Source: Eledone cirrhosa (Eukaryota). From it: a DNA stretch of 64,000 nucleotides. Both the position numbers and the translations under genes were made by a program. The stretch is taken from assembly GCA_964016885.1 (NCBI GenBank), contig OZ024746.1, positions 95,666,001 to 95,730,000 of the forward strand, written 5' to 3'. Shown here piece by piece: positions 24,111-35,183 of this stretch. Below the pieces are notes generated by a model, which saw only the letters and a list, made by a program, of their open reading frames with translations, ran no database searches and was not told the origin of the DNA. Within the stretch, counting starts at the first letter, position 1. Every line of letters starts with the position of its first letter.

Positions 24111-25547
24111 GTAATGAAATGCTGTTAATTTTACTTTGTATTTATCATATATTTCTTGGCATTAAAATGTTCATTATACTCTCTGTGACCTGGTCACTGA
24201 GACAGTTCCACTGTCACTTGAAATATGGTAACGGTTAATTTTTCTTGACACCAAGAAATAAATGATAAATATAAAACAATTTTTGTGTATTTTTAAACAA
24301 CTAAAATGACTCTTCCTCTCAGTAATAGTTTTAGATTCAACATACAATCTCAGACCAAGTCACTTGCTAGACAAGTACAAGTCTGAAACTAAGGAAAGTG
24401 TTTTCCATTAAGTGCTACAATAGTTCACAAGAATAGATGCTTGTTAACTGTGGTTAAATTTAGTAACAGCTCAATTTATATCTGCAGCAAATTATAAATA
24501 TTCACTTCACTGTGGGAGGAATAATTTGGAAAGAAAACTAAAAGTAAAAACAAACTGTGAGAAAGCTGATCTACAACTTTTTTGTTTTTACTTCATAGTT
24601 AACCACCCACTACACCTAATGATTATCTACGACAATTAGAAATCACCCTGTGTGTATACAATGAAGGAACGCCCGACAAATAAGCTTGGCAGTAAAATTT
24701 ATCACAACAATATAAATTTCTATTCTGACGCGTGCAACAAGTAACAACAGGTTGCAACGTGGGAAGAGTAATTCCAATCGTTGAGATGGAGTTTACAACT
24801 TAGAATGATTTACTGGTGACAGATGCTGTTAACTTGACATTTTAAATCTCTTTCACTTTCGTTCAATATATTTATGATAAAGAATAATATTTATTGAAGT
24901 ATATTATAGACTAACCATGGACATTTACAAATTATACCTCCTACGACTTTATATGGAAAAACAAATGATATGCAGAAACTATATCTAAAATAATTGTCGA
25001 TTAAATTGACCCCAGTGTGTGACTGGTGCTTTATTTTATTGACCCTGTAAGGATGAAAGGTAAAACTAACTTCAGCGGGATTTGTACTCAGAACGTAAAG
25101 AACCATAACTCTATGCCACTAAGCATATTGTCCAATGCTCTACCGATTCTGCCAATGGCATTTTAAATCTCCTTCACTTTCGTTCAATATATTTATGATA
25201 AAGAATAATATTTATTGAAGTATATTATAGACTAACCATGGGCATTTACACATGTTATGCAGAAACTATATCTAAAATAATTGTTTCTACTTTAGGCACA
25301 AGGCCAGCAATTAACCAGTGCATTACTGGTACTTTATTTTATCGACCCCGTAAGGATGAAAGGCAAAGTCAACCTCGGCGGGATTTGAACTCAGATCGTA
25401 AAGGGACGTAACTATGCTGGAAAGCATGGGTCCGACCCTCTACTGATACTGCCAATCCACTGCCCAACTATATCTAAAATAATGACTCCTAATTTCACAA
25501 GTTTTCCAAGTGCCATTTTGGGTTCTGATTTTTAGCCTCTAAAAATG

Positions 25548-26003
25548 TTTCTTCTTCTTCTTCTTCTTCTTCTTCTTCTTCTTCTTCTTCTTCTTCTTCT
25601 TCTTCTCCTCCTCCTCCTCCTCCTCCTCCTCCTCCCCCTCCTCCTCCTCCTCCACTCACTTATCCCTGAGATGGTCATGGGGGCAGAGTCCTCCAGCACC
25701 CCCTCCAGCAGGTCCTGTCAGAGGCAACCATCTCCAACTGATCCAGTTGGATCCCCAAGCGACACCAGCCAAGCTCATGGATGTTATCCAACCATCTTAT
25801 TCGGAGTCCACCCCTGGGTCTCCTGCCTGTTGGTTTTGCCCATAAAATTTGTCCAGTGATTCTTTCCTGAGACATTCTAACCACATGCCTATAGTTTCAG
25901 AGCTGTGATCTCTCAATTCGGAGAAGTAGTGGCTCTACCTGGAGGGACTCTCTGATTTCCGAGCTATGCAGCCTATTGAGTAACGTTACTCCCAAAACCC
26001 TTC
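25548..26003 (-). mobile_element. RTE LINE 3' fragment (family R2), (GAG/GAA)n tail
   Basis: HVVRMSQERITGQILWAKPTGRRPRGGLRIRWLDNIHELGW...; homologous to 11444-12295. Confidence 0.88.
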
Positions 26004-26032
26004 TAATCTGTTTTTGTATATATTATTATATG

Positions 26033-26411
26033 AAGGCACATGGCGTAGTGGTTAGAGCATTAGGCTTGCAATCGAAAAGTTGTGAGTTTAATTCTCGGAC
26101 CAGGTGATGTGTTGTTTCCTTGAGCAAGACACTTTATTTCACATTACTCAGCTGTAGAAATGAGATGATAGGACTGGGGTCCCTATCATTCCACTGCAAA
26201 GTGGACGTGGAGGTGCCACGGCAAAAAAAGCCCCCAGCACTCACTGTAAATGAGGTTGGTGTTAGGAAGGGTATCCAGCTGTAGAAATCAGGCCAGAATC
26301 AGTTCCCGTATGAGCAAGACAAGGTCAGCCGACCGGACACTGCCCACAACAATACAACCTGTCTAACCCATGCTAGCGTGGAAGAACGGACGTAAAACGG
26401 TGATGATGATA
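26033..26411 (+). mobile_element. Apparently full-length family-A SINE: tRNA head, CORE-like domain, internal unit, RTE-type tail
   Basis: TGGCGTAGTGGTTAG A-box, GAGTTTAATTC B-box, CCTTGAGCAAGACACTTT, GGTTGGTGTTAGGAAGGG, CCCATGCTAGCGTGGAAGAACGGACGTAAAACGG(TGA)n. Confidence 0.85.
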
Positions 26412-26637
26412 TTGGCAACATGACCCTCCCAATGTATAACAGTTTATAATTTCTACATTAAATAAAGAGAGAAAAGGAACGTCATTTGTTTAGAGAGAGA
26501 GGGAGAGAGTGTGTGTGACTGGAAGAGAGAAAAGATGTTGCCCTCATCTAGTGTGTATAAAAGTGAGAGCACTTTGATAAATCTCACCTATCTACTCTCT
26601 TTCTTTTTTCTCCCTCTTTCTCTCTCTCTCTCCCTCC

Positions 26638-26675
<38 letters not shown>

Positions 26676-27119
26676 CATCATCATCATCATCATCGTTTAA
26701 CGTCCATCCTCCACGCTAGCATGGGTTAGACGGGAGTTGTGCCACTTGAAGCAAAGTTGGTCAGGTGACCGTGTCTCGCTCATATAGGACTATCTGGCAG
26801 GCTTTCTACGGCTGGATGCCCTTCCTAACACCAACCACATTTACAGTGTGGAACTGGGAACTTTTTACCGTGTTACCTACACGGCCACATTACAGCGTGG
26901 ACTGAGTTTTTTTTTAAATTTTGTTTTTATTTTTTAATATATATATATATCTCACACACAGACACATCCCCATGAAAATACTCAGCATATAAATGTTAAA
27001 GTCTGTTTTGAACCTAAAAGTTCATCAGGCCACAGCTTATTCTGGTTTCATTAGTTCTACTGTGACTGAATGTGAAGGCTCATGGATTTGTGGTGAGGGT
27101 ATTTGGCTGACTTTTGTAA

Positions 27120-27955
27120 GGCTCTGCTGCACTTCAGACTAAAGAGGGTAAACTCTCCAAATATCAGTCTCTCTCTGACAGGTTTGCGGTTGAGCCCGTA
27201 GCAGTGGAGACTTCTGGTGTCCTTGGCCCTAGGACCACCTCCCTACTCACCACCATCAGCACCCCATAGCAGTGGAGACTTCTGGTGTCCTTGGCCCTAG
27301 GACCACCTCCCTACTCACCCCCATCAGCACCCCATAGCAGTGGAGACTTCTGGTGTCCTTGGCCCTAGGACCACCTCCCTACTCACCACCATCAGCACCC
27401 CATAGCAGTGGAGACTTCTGGTGTCCTTGACCCTAGGACCACCTCCCTACTCACCACCATCAGCACCCCGTAGCAGTGGAGACTTCTGGTGTCCTTGGCC
27501 CTAGGACCACCTCCCTACTCACCACCATCAGCACCCCATAGCAGTGGAGACTTCTGGTGTCCTTGACCCTAGGACCACCTCCCTACTCACCACCATCAGC
27601 ACCCCGTAGCAGTGGAGACTTCTGGTGTCCTTGGCCCTAGGACCACCTCCCTACTCACCACCATCAGCACCCCGTAGCAGTGGAGACTTCTGGTGTCCTT
27701 GACCCTAGGACCACCTCCCTACTCACCACCATCAGCACCCCGTAGCAGTGGAGACTTCTGGTGTCCTTGGCCCTAGGACCACTTCTCTACTCACCACCAT
27801 CGGCACCCCGTAGCAGAGGAGACTTCTGGTGTCCTTGGCCCTAGGACCACCTCCCTATTCACCACCATCGACACCCCGTAGCAGTGGAGACTTCTGGTGT
27901 CCTTGGCCCTAGGACCACCTCCCTACTCACCACCATCAGCACCCCGTAGCAGTGG
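27120..27955 (+). mobile_element. CRE-like non-LTR retrotransposon RLE fragment with a 68-bp tandem array (11 units plus a partial)
   Basis: Lead-in translates GSAALQTKEGKLSKYQSLSDRFAVEPVAVETSGVLGPRTTSLLTTI (KxxKY and FxPxAVETxG motifs). Units start at 27201, 27269, ... 27881. Confidence 0.8.
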
Positions 27956-28114
27956 GTACACATGTCTGTGGAATGCTCAGCCATTTGTACGTTAATTTCA
28001 CGAGCAGATTGTTCGGTCGTCGTAACCAATGGAATGCTGGGAGACAGTGTATGAAAGTACAAGTTGTTTTCCCTCCTCCTGGATGTGATTCCAGTCCATT
28101 GCAGAGTTAACTTC

Positions 28115-28610
28115 TTGCTGCTGTTGCTGGTGGTGGTGGTGGTGGTGTTGGTGGTGTTGGTGGGGTTGGTGGTGGTGGTGGTGGTGGTGGTGGTGGGGTT
28201 GGTACTAATTTCTTTTTAGTTGAGTAGACTAGAACAACATGAAATTAAAGAAGGAACTTATTTTCACTTGGTGGTGAGATTTTAGTCCTATAATATATAG
28301 GTATGGGGGGTGGGGTTGGTGGTGGTGGTGTTGGTGGGGTTGGTGGTGGTGGTGTTGGTGGGGTTGGTGGTGGTGGTGTTGGTGGTGGTGGTGTTGGTGG
28401 TGGTGGTGTTGGTGGTGGTGGTGATGGTGGTGGTGGTGATGGTGGTGGTGGTGTTGGTGGTGGTGGTGTTGGTGGTGGTGGTGGTGTTGGTGGGGTTGGT
28501 GGTGGTGGTGGTGGGGTTGGTGTGCATATATGTCTGCTTGTGCATATGTATGTGAATATGAGTGTGAAGATGTGTGATTATATGAGTGAATATTTGTGTA
28601 TGCATGTACA

Positions 28611-28683
<73 letters not shown>

Positions 28684-28960
28684 AAAAAAGAGTGACTGTG
28701 AGAATAATTAGAAAGATTGGTGATTACTGAGGTATAGGGTGAAAGAAAGAGGGAGAAAAAGAGAGGAAGAAAGCAAGAGGGCACAGAGAGGGGGGGCAAA
28801 GGAAGTAGGGGACATAGGAAGGGGGACGGGGGTGGGCAGAGGGAGAGGGGAGGACAGAGAGAGAGGAAGACTAAGAGATGAAGAAAAAGAAAGAAAAAGA
28901 AAGAAAAAGAAAGAAAAAGAAAGAAAAAGAAAGAAAGAGGAAGAATGAAAGAAAGAAGAA
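28115..28960. repeat. Compound microsatellites (GGT/GTT)n, (GT)n, (GA)n, (GAAA)n
   Basis: Direct reading. Confidence 0.9.
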
Positions 28961-29896
28961 GAAAGAGAAAGCCATCTCCCTGAAAAGTCATCAGATAAGT
29001 AAACAAATGATATCAGAAAATAAAGACCTCTCCCACCCCTCAGCAACCCCACACCCCAAGGGAAGGTGGATAGGTAGGTAGATACATTGTTTTTGTATGT
29101 TTATTTAGGTCTCCACCAGTAGGCTGTTAGGGAAGGCATTAAGCAGAAGAATCTGTAGAGCAAACATGCAACTAAGTGTAAGTGCCAATCAAATACTGAT
29201 TGAGTCAGAGCCGCCATTATACCTAAAAGCCATTAGTGGGAGTGGCGGCGGCAGTGGTGGTGGTGGTCATGGCGGTGGTGGTGGGATACAAAAAGAAGAA
29301 AAGGGAATCAAACATCAGCATCATATATTTATTATCATCATCATCATCATCATTTAATGTTCATTTTCCAATCTAGCATGGGTCTAGCATGGAGTTGTGT
29401 CCCATTGTGAGACAAGTCAGGTGACCATGTCTTGCTTATATAGAACTGTTTTTGGCTTGGTTTCTACAGCCTGGATGATGATGTTGCATGTGTCCATCAT
29501 CATCATCATCGTTTAATGTCCATCTTCCATACTAGTATGGGTAGAACGGGCTGTTCCTTTGTGAGGGATCAGGCTGGGGGACCATGATTTGCTCACACAG
29601 AACTGATTTTGGATTGGTTTCTATGGCTGGATGCCCTTCCTAACACTAACCACTTCGCAGTGTGGACTGGGTGCTTTTTGTCGTGTCACCTACACGACCA
29701 CTTCACAGTGTGGACTGGGTGCTCGGTTTTGTCATACCATCTACATGACCACTATAGTGTGGGCTCTTTTGTCATGGCTCCAGGGCTGATCACTTTATAC
29801 ACATATACACAGGGTGCGACAAAAAAAGCTCCCATATTTTATACGATCAACCTTTAAAATGTGGAAGGCATTTTTGCTGCACCCAACTGCAGGGGA

Positions 29897-30306
29897 TATT
29901 TGACGGCTGGAGAGAAATGATGCAAGCATGCTCCGTTGGATGTACAATGTCAATGTGCGTGAATGACCCAGCATGGATGTGTTGAGAGAGAAACTGTGTC
30001 TGAGAGGGATAGAATGTAGTGTGCGAAAGAGGAGACTGCGGTGGTATGGACATGCGATGCGCATGGAGGATGACCGATGGGTGAAGAAGTGCCAGGAAAT
30101 GCCAGTTGAAGGAAGACGTGGTAGAGGTAGACCACGAAAAACATGGGCGGAGGTGGTGAGAACAGAGCTCAGATCGCTGAAGCTCACAGTTGAGATGACG
30201 AAGGACCGTGATGAGTGGAGAGATGCTGTGCTGAATAAGACCCGTCCCACCCTTGCAAGCAGGGAAAAGCGGGCGTAAAAATGATGATGATGATGATGAT
30301 GATGAT
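29897..30306 (+). mobile_element. RTE LINE 3' fragment (family R1), well preserved, (TGA)n tail
   Basis: RLERNDASMLRWMYNV...LREKLCLRGIECSVRKRRLRWYGHAMRMEDDRWVKKCQEMPVEGRRGRGRPRKTW...DRDEWR, then stop and tail. Confidence 0.92.
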
Positions 30307-30369
30307 ATTTATATATGTACGTATATATATATATATATATACAAGCCATTAATACATATCTTTATATAG

Positions 30370-30407
30370 CTCTTACACGTGTTTCACCCAATAGGGCTCA
30401 TCGGAGA
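30370..30407 (-). ncRNA. Minimal hammerhead motif with a core mutation (CCGAUGA)
   Basis: Minus strand UCU-CCGAUGA-GCCCuauuGGGU-GAAA-CACGU-GUA-AGA; mirror copy of 30611-30648. Confidence 0.6.
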
Positions 30408-30610
30408 CAGATATTAAAAGCAAAGTTTTTAATTACAGACCCTAAGAGGGTAAAATAATAGTTTTACATCGCCATGCATAGTAATTTTAAATGTTAAAGG
30501 TATAAACACGGTGAAAGGAGTATACATTTAAAATTACTATGCATGGCGATGTAAAACTATTATTTTACCCTCTTAGGGTCTGTAATTAAAAACTTTACTT
30601 TTAATATCTG

Positions 30611-30648
30611 CCTCTGATGAGCCCTATTGGGTGAAACACGTGTAAGAG
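30611..30648 (+). ncRNA. Minimal type-I hammerhead ribozyme (Penelope-type, palindromic stem III)
   Basis: CCU-CUGAUGA-GCCCuauuGGGU-GAAA-CACGU-GUA-AGAG. Intact core, 4-bp stem II, self-complementary ACACGUGU, GUA triplet (cut after 30644). Stem I is only 2-3 bp. Confidence 0.75.
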
Positions 30649-31119
30649 TTATATAAAGATTGTTTTAACGGCTTGTAACTCTTTCATTAATTCTTTTGCT
30701 TATTACAGCTCTGCTTAACCTTTACACTAACTATTAACTTTCTCTAATATTTAACCCTGATAACCCAAGCATTGAGCACTTACGCATCCGCTTTTGGCAT
30801 GTAATATTCTGTATCACACCTCTTTATACCTCTTCTTTTTATCCTCTTTTACGATACTGTAACCTATTATATATATATGATGGTTGCAAACTTTGCTAAG
30901 AGTCTTGCAATTGCTTGGAGGATTATAGAGTTTGGTGCACTTTTAGGCTATGGCCAGCCACACAAACCTGTAACATATCCTGAACAGGCAATGCCTGTGC
31001 TTTGAAGGTTTTTTAAGTGGGGAAAGGCCTTGCACTCGACCAATCCCACTCTCTGAGCATTGTAAACACTACCCGAAAAGGATACATACATACATAAATA
31101 CACACATACATATGTATTT

Positions 31120-31213
<94 letters not shown>

Positions 31214-31234
31214 CTATGTAAACATATATATTTT

Positions 31235-31661
31235 ACCAAAACATTAACAGAGATTAAGAAAGTTGACGTCATTATAAATGTTCCGATAACTCTGATAATA
31301 CATTTCTATAACTCAATTTGGATAAGAAACAAATAGTCTCCACTGTGACATAAGCAGGGGGGTAAGTGATTCAGTGGATCTCAGAGAACTTATTGGTCTC
31401 CTTTTCCTCTTTGCCATTAAGGAATAATTCTCTAATGTAGATGGTGGTCTGTACCATGATGATGGTCTTTTGACTGTCACCATGTCCCAACCCCAAGCTC
31501 TAGATAAGATTATGAAGAAATTTATTGTTTTCTATAAAGGCTTCAAAGTTTCAATAAAAGAAAATGCAAACCTATCGGTGGTGCCATTCTTGAATGTGAC
31601 CCTAGATCTGTTTAATCGCTTATTTTGTTTATACAGAAAGCCCAATGAAACTTTGAATTGA
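31235..31661 (+). mobile_element. Penelope-like element reverse transcriptase remnant
   Basis: ...VDVIINV..TLI..FYNSIWIRNK...GVSDSVDLRELIGLLFL..IKE*FSNVDGGLYHDDGLL...PQALDKIMKKFI...VVPFLNVTLDLFN....YRKPNE matches PLE RT motifs (GSYDGAExCELVG, GLYRDDGL, FLDVTLDL, YRKPN). Confidence 0.8.
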
Positions 31662-31890
31662 CCAGGTCTTCTTTGGTCTACTTCTACTGTGGCTTCCCTC
31701 CACTGGGATTTCCTGTCACTTCTTCATCCAACAACCATCATCCATGCACATCACATGTCCGTCCCAATTCAGTCTTCTCTCCTGCACACTACTTCTGATT
31801 CCTTTTATACCCAGGTCATCCTTGGTCTCTCTCTACTGCGGTTTCCCTGCATTGGGATTTCCTTGCACTTCTTCACCCAGTGATTATCAT
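31662..31890 (-). mobile_element. RTE family R1 fragments
   Basis: Minus strand TGGGTGAAGAAGTGCAAGGAAATCCCAATGCAGGGAAACCGCAGTAGA and AGAAGACTGAATTGGGACGGACATGTGATG. Another remnant at ~61860-62100. Confidence 0.65.
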
Positions 31891-33054
31891 GAGATTAATA
31901 TGGCTGATGATTGATATCCAAACTGAATATTTACATTTCAATATGTACAGGTAAAATGTAGGTAAGGAGGAGATAAAGAGTTCTGAATACTTAAAGAAAA
32001 TTCCACTAAAGTCCTCCAAAGATCAGCTGTCATTGTTAAACCAAGTAATCTGTTAGATTTATCGCACATAACTCTTATCTGATCTTTTCACTTAACTGTA
32101 AATAAGTACTACAGCTTAGAACATGTCATTGGTGACAGATACATTTCAACACAATATATCTAGATTACTGTAATGTGTTTCACAAGTGGTTTTATGGAAT
32201 CATAAGTAACCCTTTACCATTTACATTTCTCTATATTTACTATTGTATTTTTGTGGTAAAGGCTTTACCTCACATAAATATCTCACATAATATTGAATCT
32301 ATGAGATTTTGATGTTATTTATTTTGAGAACAATACCTTAACATCAATATGAGTGACCAGTTAAGGCTGGTTTAAAAAGAAAGAGGTGAGAGAATCATGG
32401 CCGGATACAGTTGAGTTAAATTAAACAGCCTTGTATTATTGTATTATAGCACCTGGAGTAGTTTTGGCTGTTCTGAACCAAAAGGTTTAAGGTTCAGTAA
32501 TGTACCTTTCTGCAATGTGCACTCTAAGGGGCTACTGGCTGCCTTGATAGTAAAGGCTCTGTCACACGACTCTTATTTGGTCAGTTCATTTCACTGTAAC
32601 AACTTCAGCCTAGAACATATCACTGGTGACAGATAAATTTCAACATAATATATCTAGATTATTCTAAGATATTAAGACAAGTGATTTTATGAAGTCATAA
32701 TAAAACATGGCAACAATAAACACAGGTTGTGAGAGGTACATAATTACCTGCTGATAGGGGTGGTAGAAAGAATCAGAAGAATAATTTAGAATTAGTAACA
32801 AGGACACAACATTTAAATGTCTGTATTATGGACAATCTGTCTGCCTGTCTGATTCACCCTCACCATCACCCCTACCATGTATTTTATCCATGTATTTTAT
32901 TCTAAGAACGTTGACATGTTTTGACACAGCTGAAGAATCCTTTCTGCCCTTTTTTAGGAGGCAAGTTTTCTAAGGCTAGATGCCCTTCCTACCCCTAACC
33001 ATATTATAGAGTTTACTGGATATGTTTTATAGTCTCACCAACACTGATTGATCT

Positions 33055-33170
33055 TTAACCTTTAGTACACTGAATGTTTTTATGAATTGCTTCCTTTGAC
33101 ACTGCATTATGTATTAAGGGGAGATTACTCTATTAGTGATATAAGGTGCTTAGAGTGTGCTGAAGGTTAA
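33055..33170. mobile_element. 116-bp TTAA MITE family 2
   Basis: TTAACCTTTAGTACACT...AGTGTGCTGAAGGTTAA; body matches 6950-7065. Confidence 0.75.
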
Positions 33171-34023
33171 AATTAACAACTGACTACTTAGTTAATTTTT
33201 TTAAATTCTATTTTTTTTATCCTTTGCAAATTACATAAGATTTGGTAAGTTAATAAAGTTCTCATGATATAGTTTTCATTCTAGAAAATATTTAACCCAT
33301 TACCATTTACATTACTCTATATTTACTATTGTATTTTCATGGTAAAGGCTTTATCTTACAAATCTCACATAATATCGAATCTATGAAATTTTGATGATGT
33401 TATTTTGCATTTTGAGAACAATACCTTAACGTCAGTGTAAGCAACTGGTTTGAAAAGAGGGTGGTGAAAGAGTTTGGGATGGATATGGCCGGGTGAAATG
33501 CTAAAAGGTTAAGATGAAATTATATGTTAATAAAATTCAAAGCTGTAAGTCTTTGTTAATGAAAGGAAGAATTGACAGAGTTGTTAATATGCCAGTGTAA
33601 ATGTTTTGGTATTTGTTTCTGTTCTCTGTGTTCTGGGATCAAATCCCATCAAGGTCAACTTTGCCTTTCATCCTTTCAGGGTTGATAAATAAAGCACCAG
33701 TTCAGAGGTAGTGGATTGGGGGAATTTTTCAAGCATTGGTCCAGATGCTTTGAGGTGACTGTGCATTCTGGGTTCAAATCCAATCGCCTGTCAGTATCTA
33801 CAATGGAAAAACCAGTGGAAACAGTTTTTTTGGTTTGATCTGATAGTTAACATTATTCTGTCTTTCGATGAAAAGTAGTAATTAGAGATCTGTACAGCAT
33901 GAGACATCCTGATTTCTTTCACTGATCTAATAAAAAGACATATTACCTTACTATTGAATCAAGACAAGTAAATGTATTGGATTAGATCTTAGAAGATGGA
34001 CCTTAATGATGAATGTTCTAGAT

Positions 34024-34859
34024 CAGGCATGGGGAACCTTTTTTGAGCAGTGGATGTGGCTCATCATAAGGTGGACCACATAGGATGTGGCTCATCATAC
34101 GGTGGACCACATAGGATGTGGCTCATCACACGGTGGGCCATATAGGATGTGGCTCATCATAATTTGGGCCACATAGGATGTGACTCATCATAAGGTGGGC
34201 CACATAGGATGTGACTCATCATAAGGCAGGCGACATAGGATATGGCTCATCATAAGGTGGACCACATAGGGTGTGGCTCATCATAAGGTGGACCACATAG
34301 GGTGTGGCTCATCATAAGGTGGACCACATAGGGTGTGGCTCATCATAAGGTGGACCACATAAGATGTGGCTCATCATAAGGTGGGCCACATAGGGTGTGG
34401 CTCATTATAAGGTGGACCACATAGGGTGTGGCTCATCATAAGGTGGACCACATAGGATGTGGCTCATCATAAGGTGGGCCACATAGGGTGTGGCTCATCA
34501 TAAGGTGGACCACATAGGGTGTGGCTCATCATAAGGTGGACCACATAGGGTGTGGCTCATCATAAAGCGGGCCACATAGGGTGTGGCTCATCATAAGGTG
34601 GACCACATAGGGTGTGGCTCATCATAAGGTGGACCACATAGGATGTGGCTCATCATAAGGTGGACCACATAGGGTGTGGCTCATCATAAAGCGGGCCACA
34701 TAGGGTGTGGCTCATCATAAAGCGGGCCACATAGGATGTGGCTCATCATAGGGTGGGCTGCACTACTAAAAAATTCAAGGCAATTTTGATATTAGGGGTG
34801 CCATTCAGAAAACTAAATGGTCTGCATGTGGTTCAAGGGCCACATGCAGACCATGACTG
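34024..34859. mobile_element. hAT (Charlie-type) non-autonomous element with internal minisatellite
   Basis: Exact 8-bp TSD TTCTAGAT (34016-34023 and 34860-34867), matching the Charlie NTCTAGAN preference; ends CAGGCATGG / CCATGACTG. Confidence 0.85.
34052..34760. repeat. 31-bp minisatellite, ~23 copies (GGRTGTGGCTCATCATAAGGTGGACCACATA)
   Basis: Period 31 (34052, 34083); unit has ATGTGG...CCACAT inverted ends. Confidence 0.95.
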
Positions 34860-35183
34860 TTCTAGATATTCAATAAATTGAACAGCCTGCTTATAAAATT
34901 AATGTATAAGTGGCTGAGCACTCCATTGATATCCCCTTAACATGATTCACAGAGAGATTCAAGAGAACACAGGGTGTAGCAAGGCTGTTCCTTTGAATTA
35001 GAGACACAATCCATCCAACAGTCTGCCAGATAGTTCCTCTCTACCAAATTACACTTACAAATCATGGGTTGACCCAAGGCTATGGGAAATAACACTTGCT
35101 TAAAATGCCATACAGTGGGGTCAACATCGGCAGCTATTGATTGCAAACCCTTTAACCATTCAGCTGTGCTATGTCCTCTATCA

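Larger units (their letters stand above)
30341..30677. repeat. Long inverted repeat, ~154-bp arms with 29-nt spacer; probable inverted Penelope pseudo-LTRs
   Basis: 30341-30494 is the near-perfect reverse complement of 30524-30677; each arm carries a hammerhead motif; lies next to (TA)n. Confidence 0.9.

Noticed and set aside
24660-24790. CpG-containing unique patch (TGACGCGTG, GTTGCAAC) as a possible enhancer
   Set aside because: Short motifs only; no adjacent exon or other support.
26033-26100. tRNA-like A/B-box heads (here and at 495, ~16270, ~21760)
   Set aside because: They are SINE 5' ends running into SINE bodies; no complete cloverleaf, so not called tRNA genes.
26990-27035. Minus-strand CTGATGA followed by a small hairpin
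   Set aside because: Followed by CAAAA rather than GAAA, with no stem I or III.
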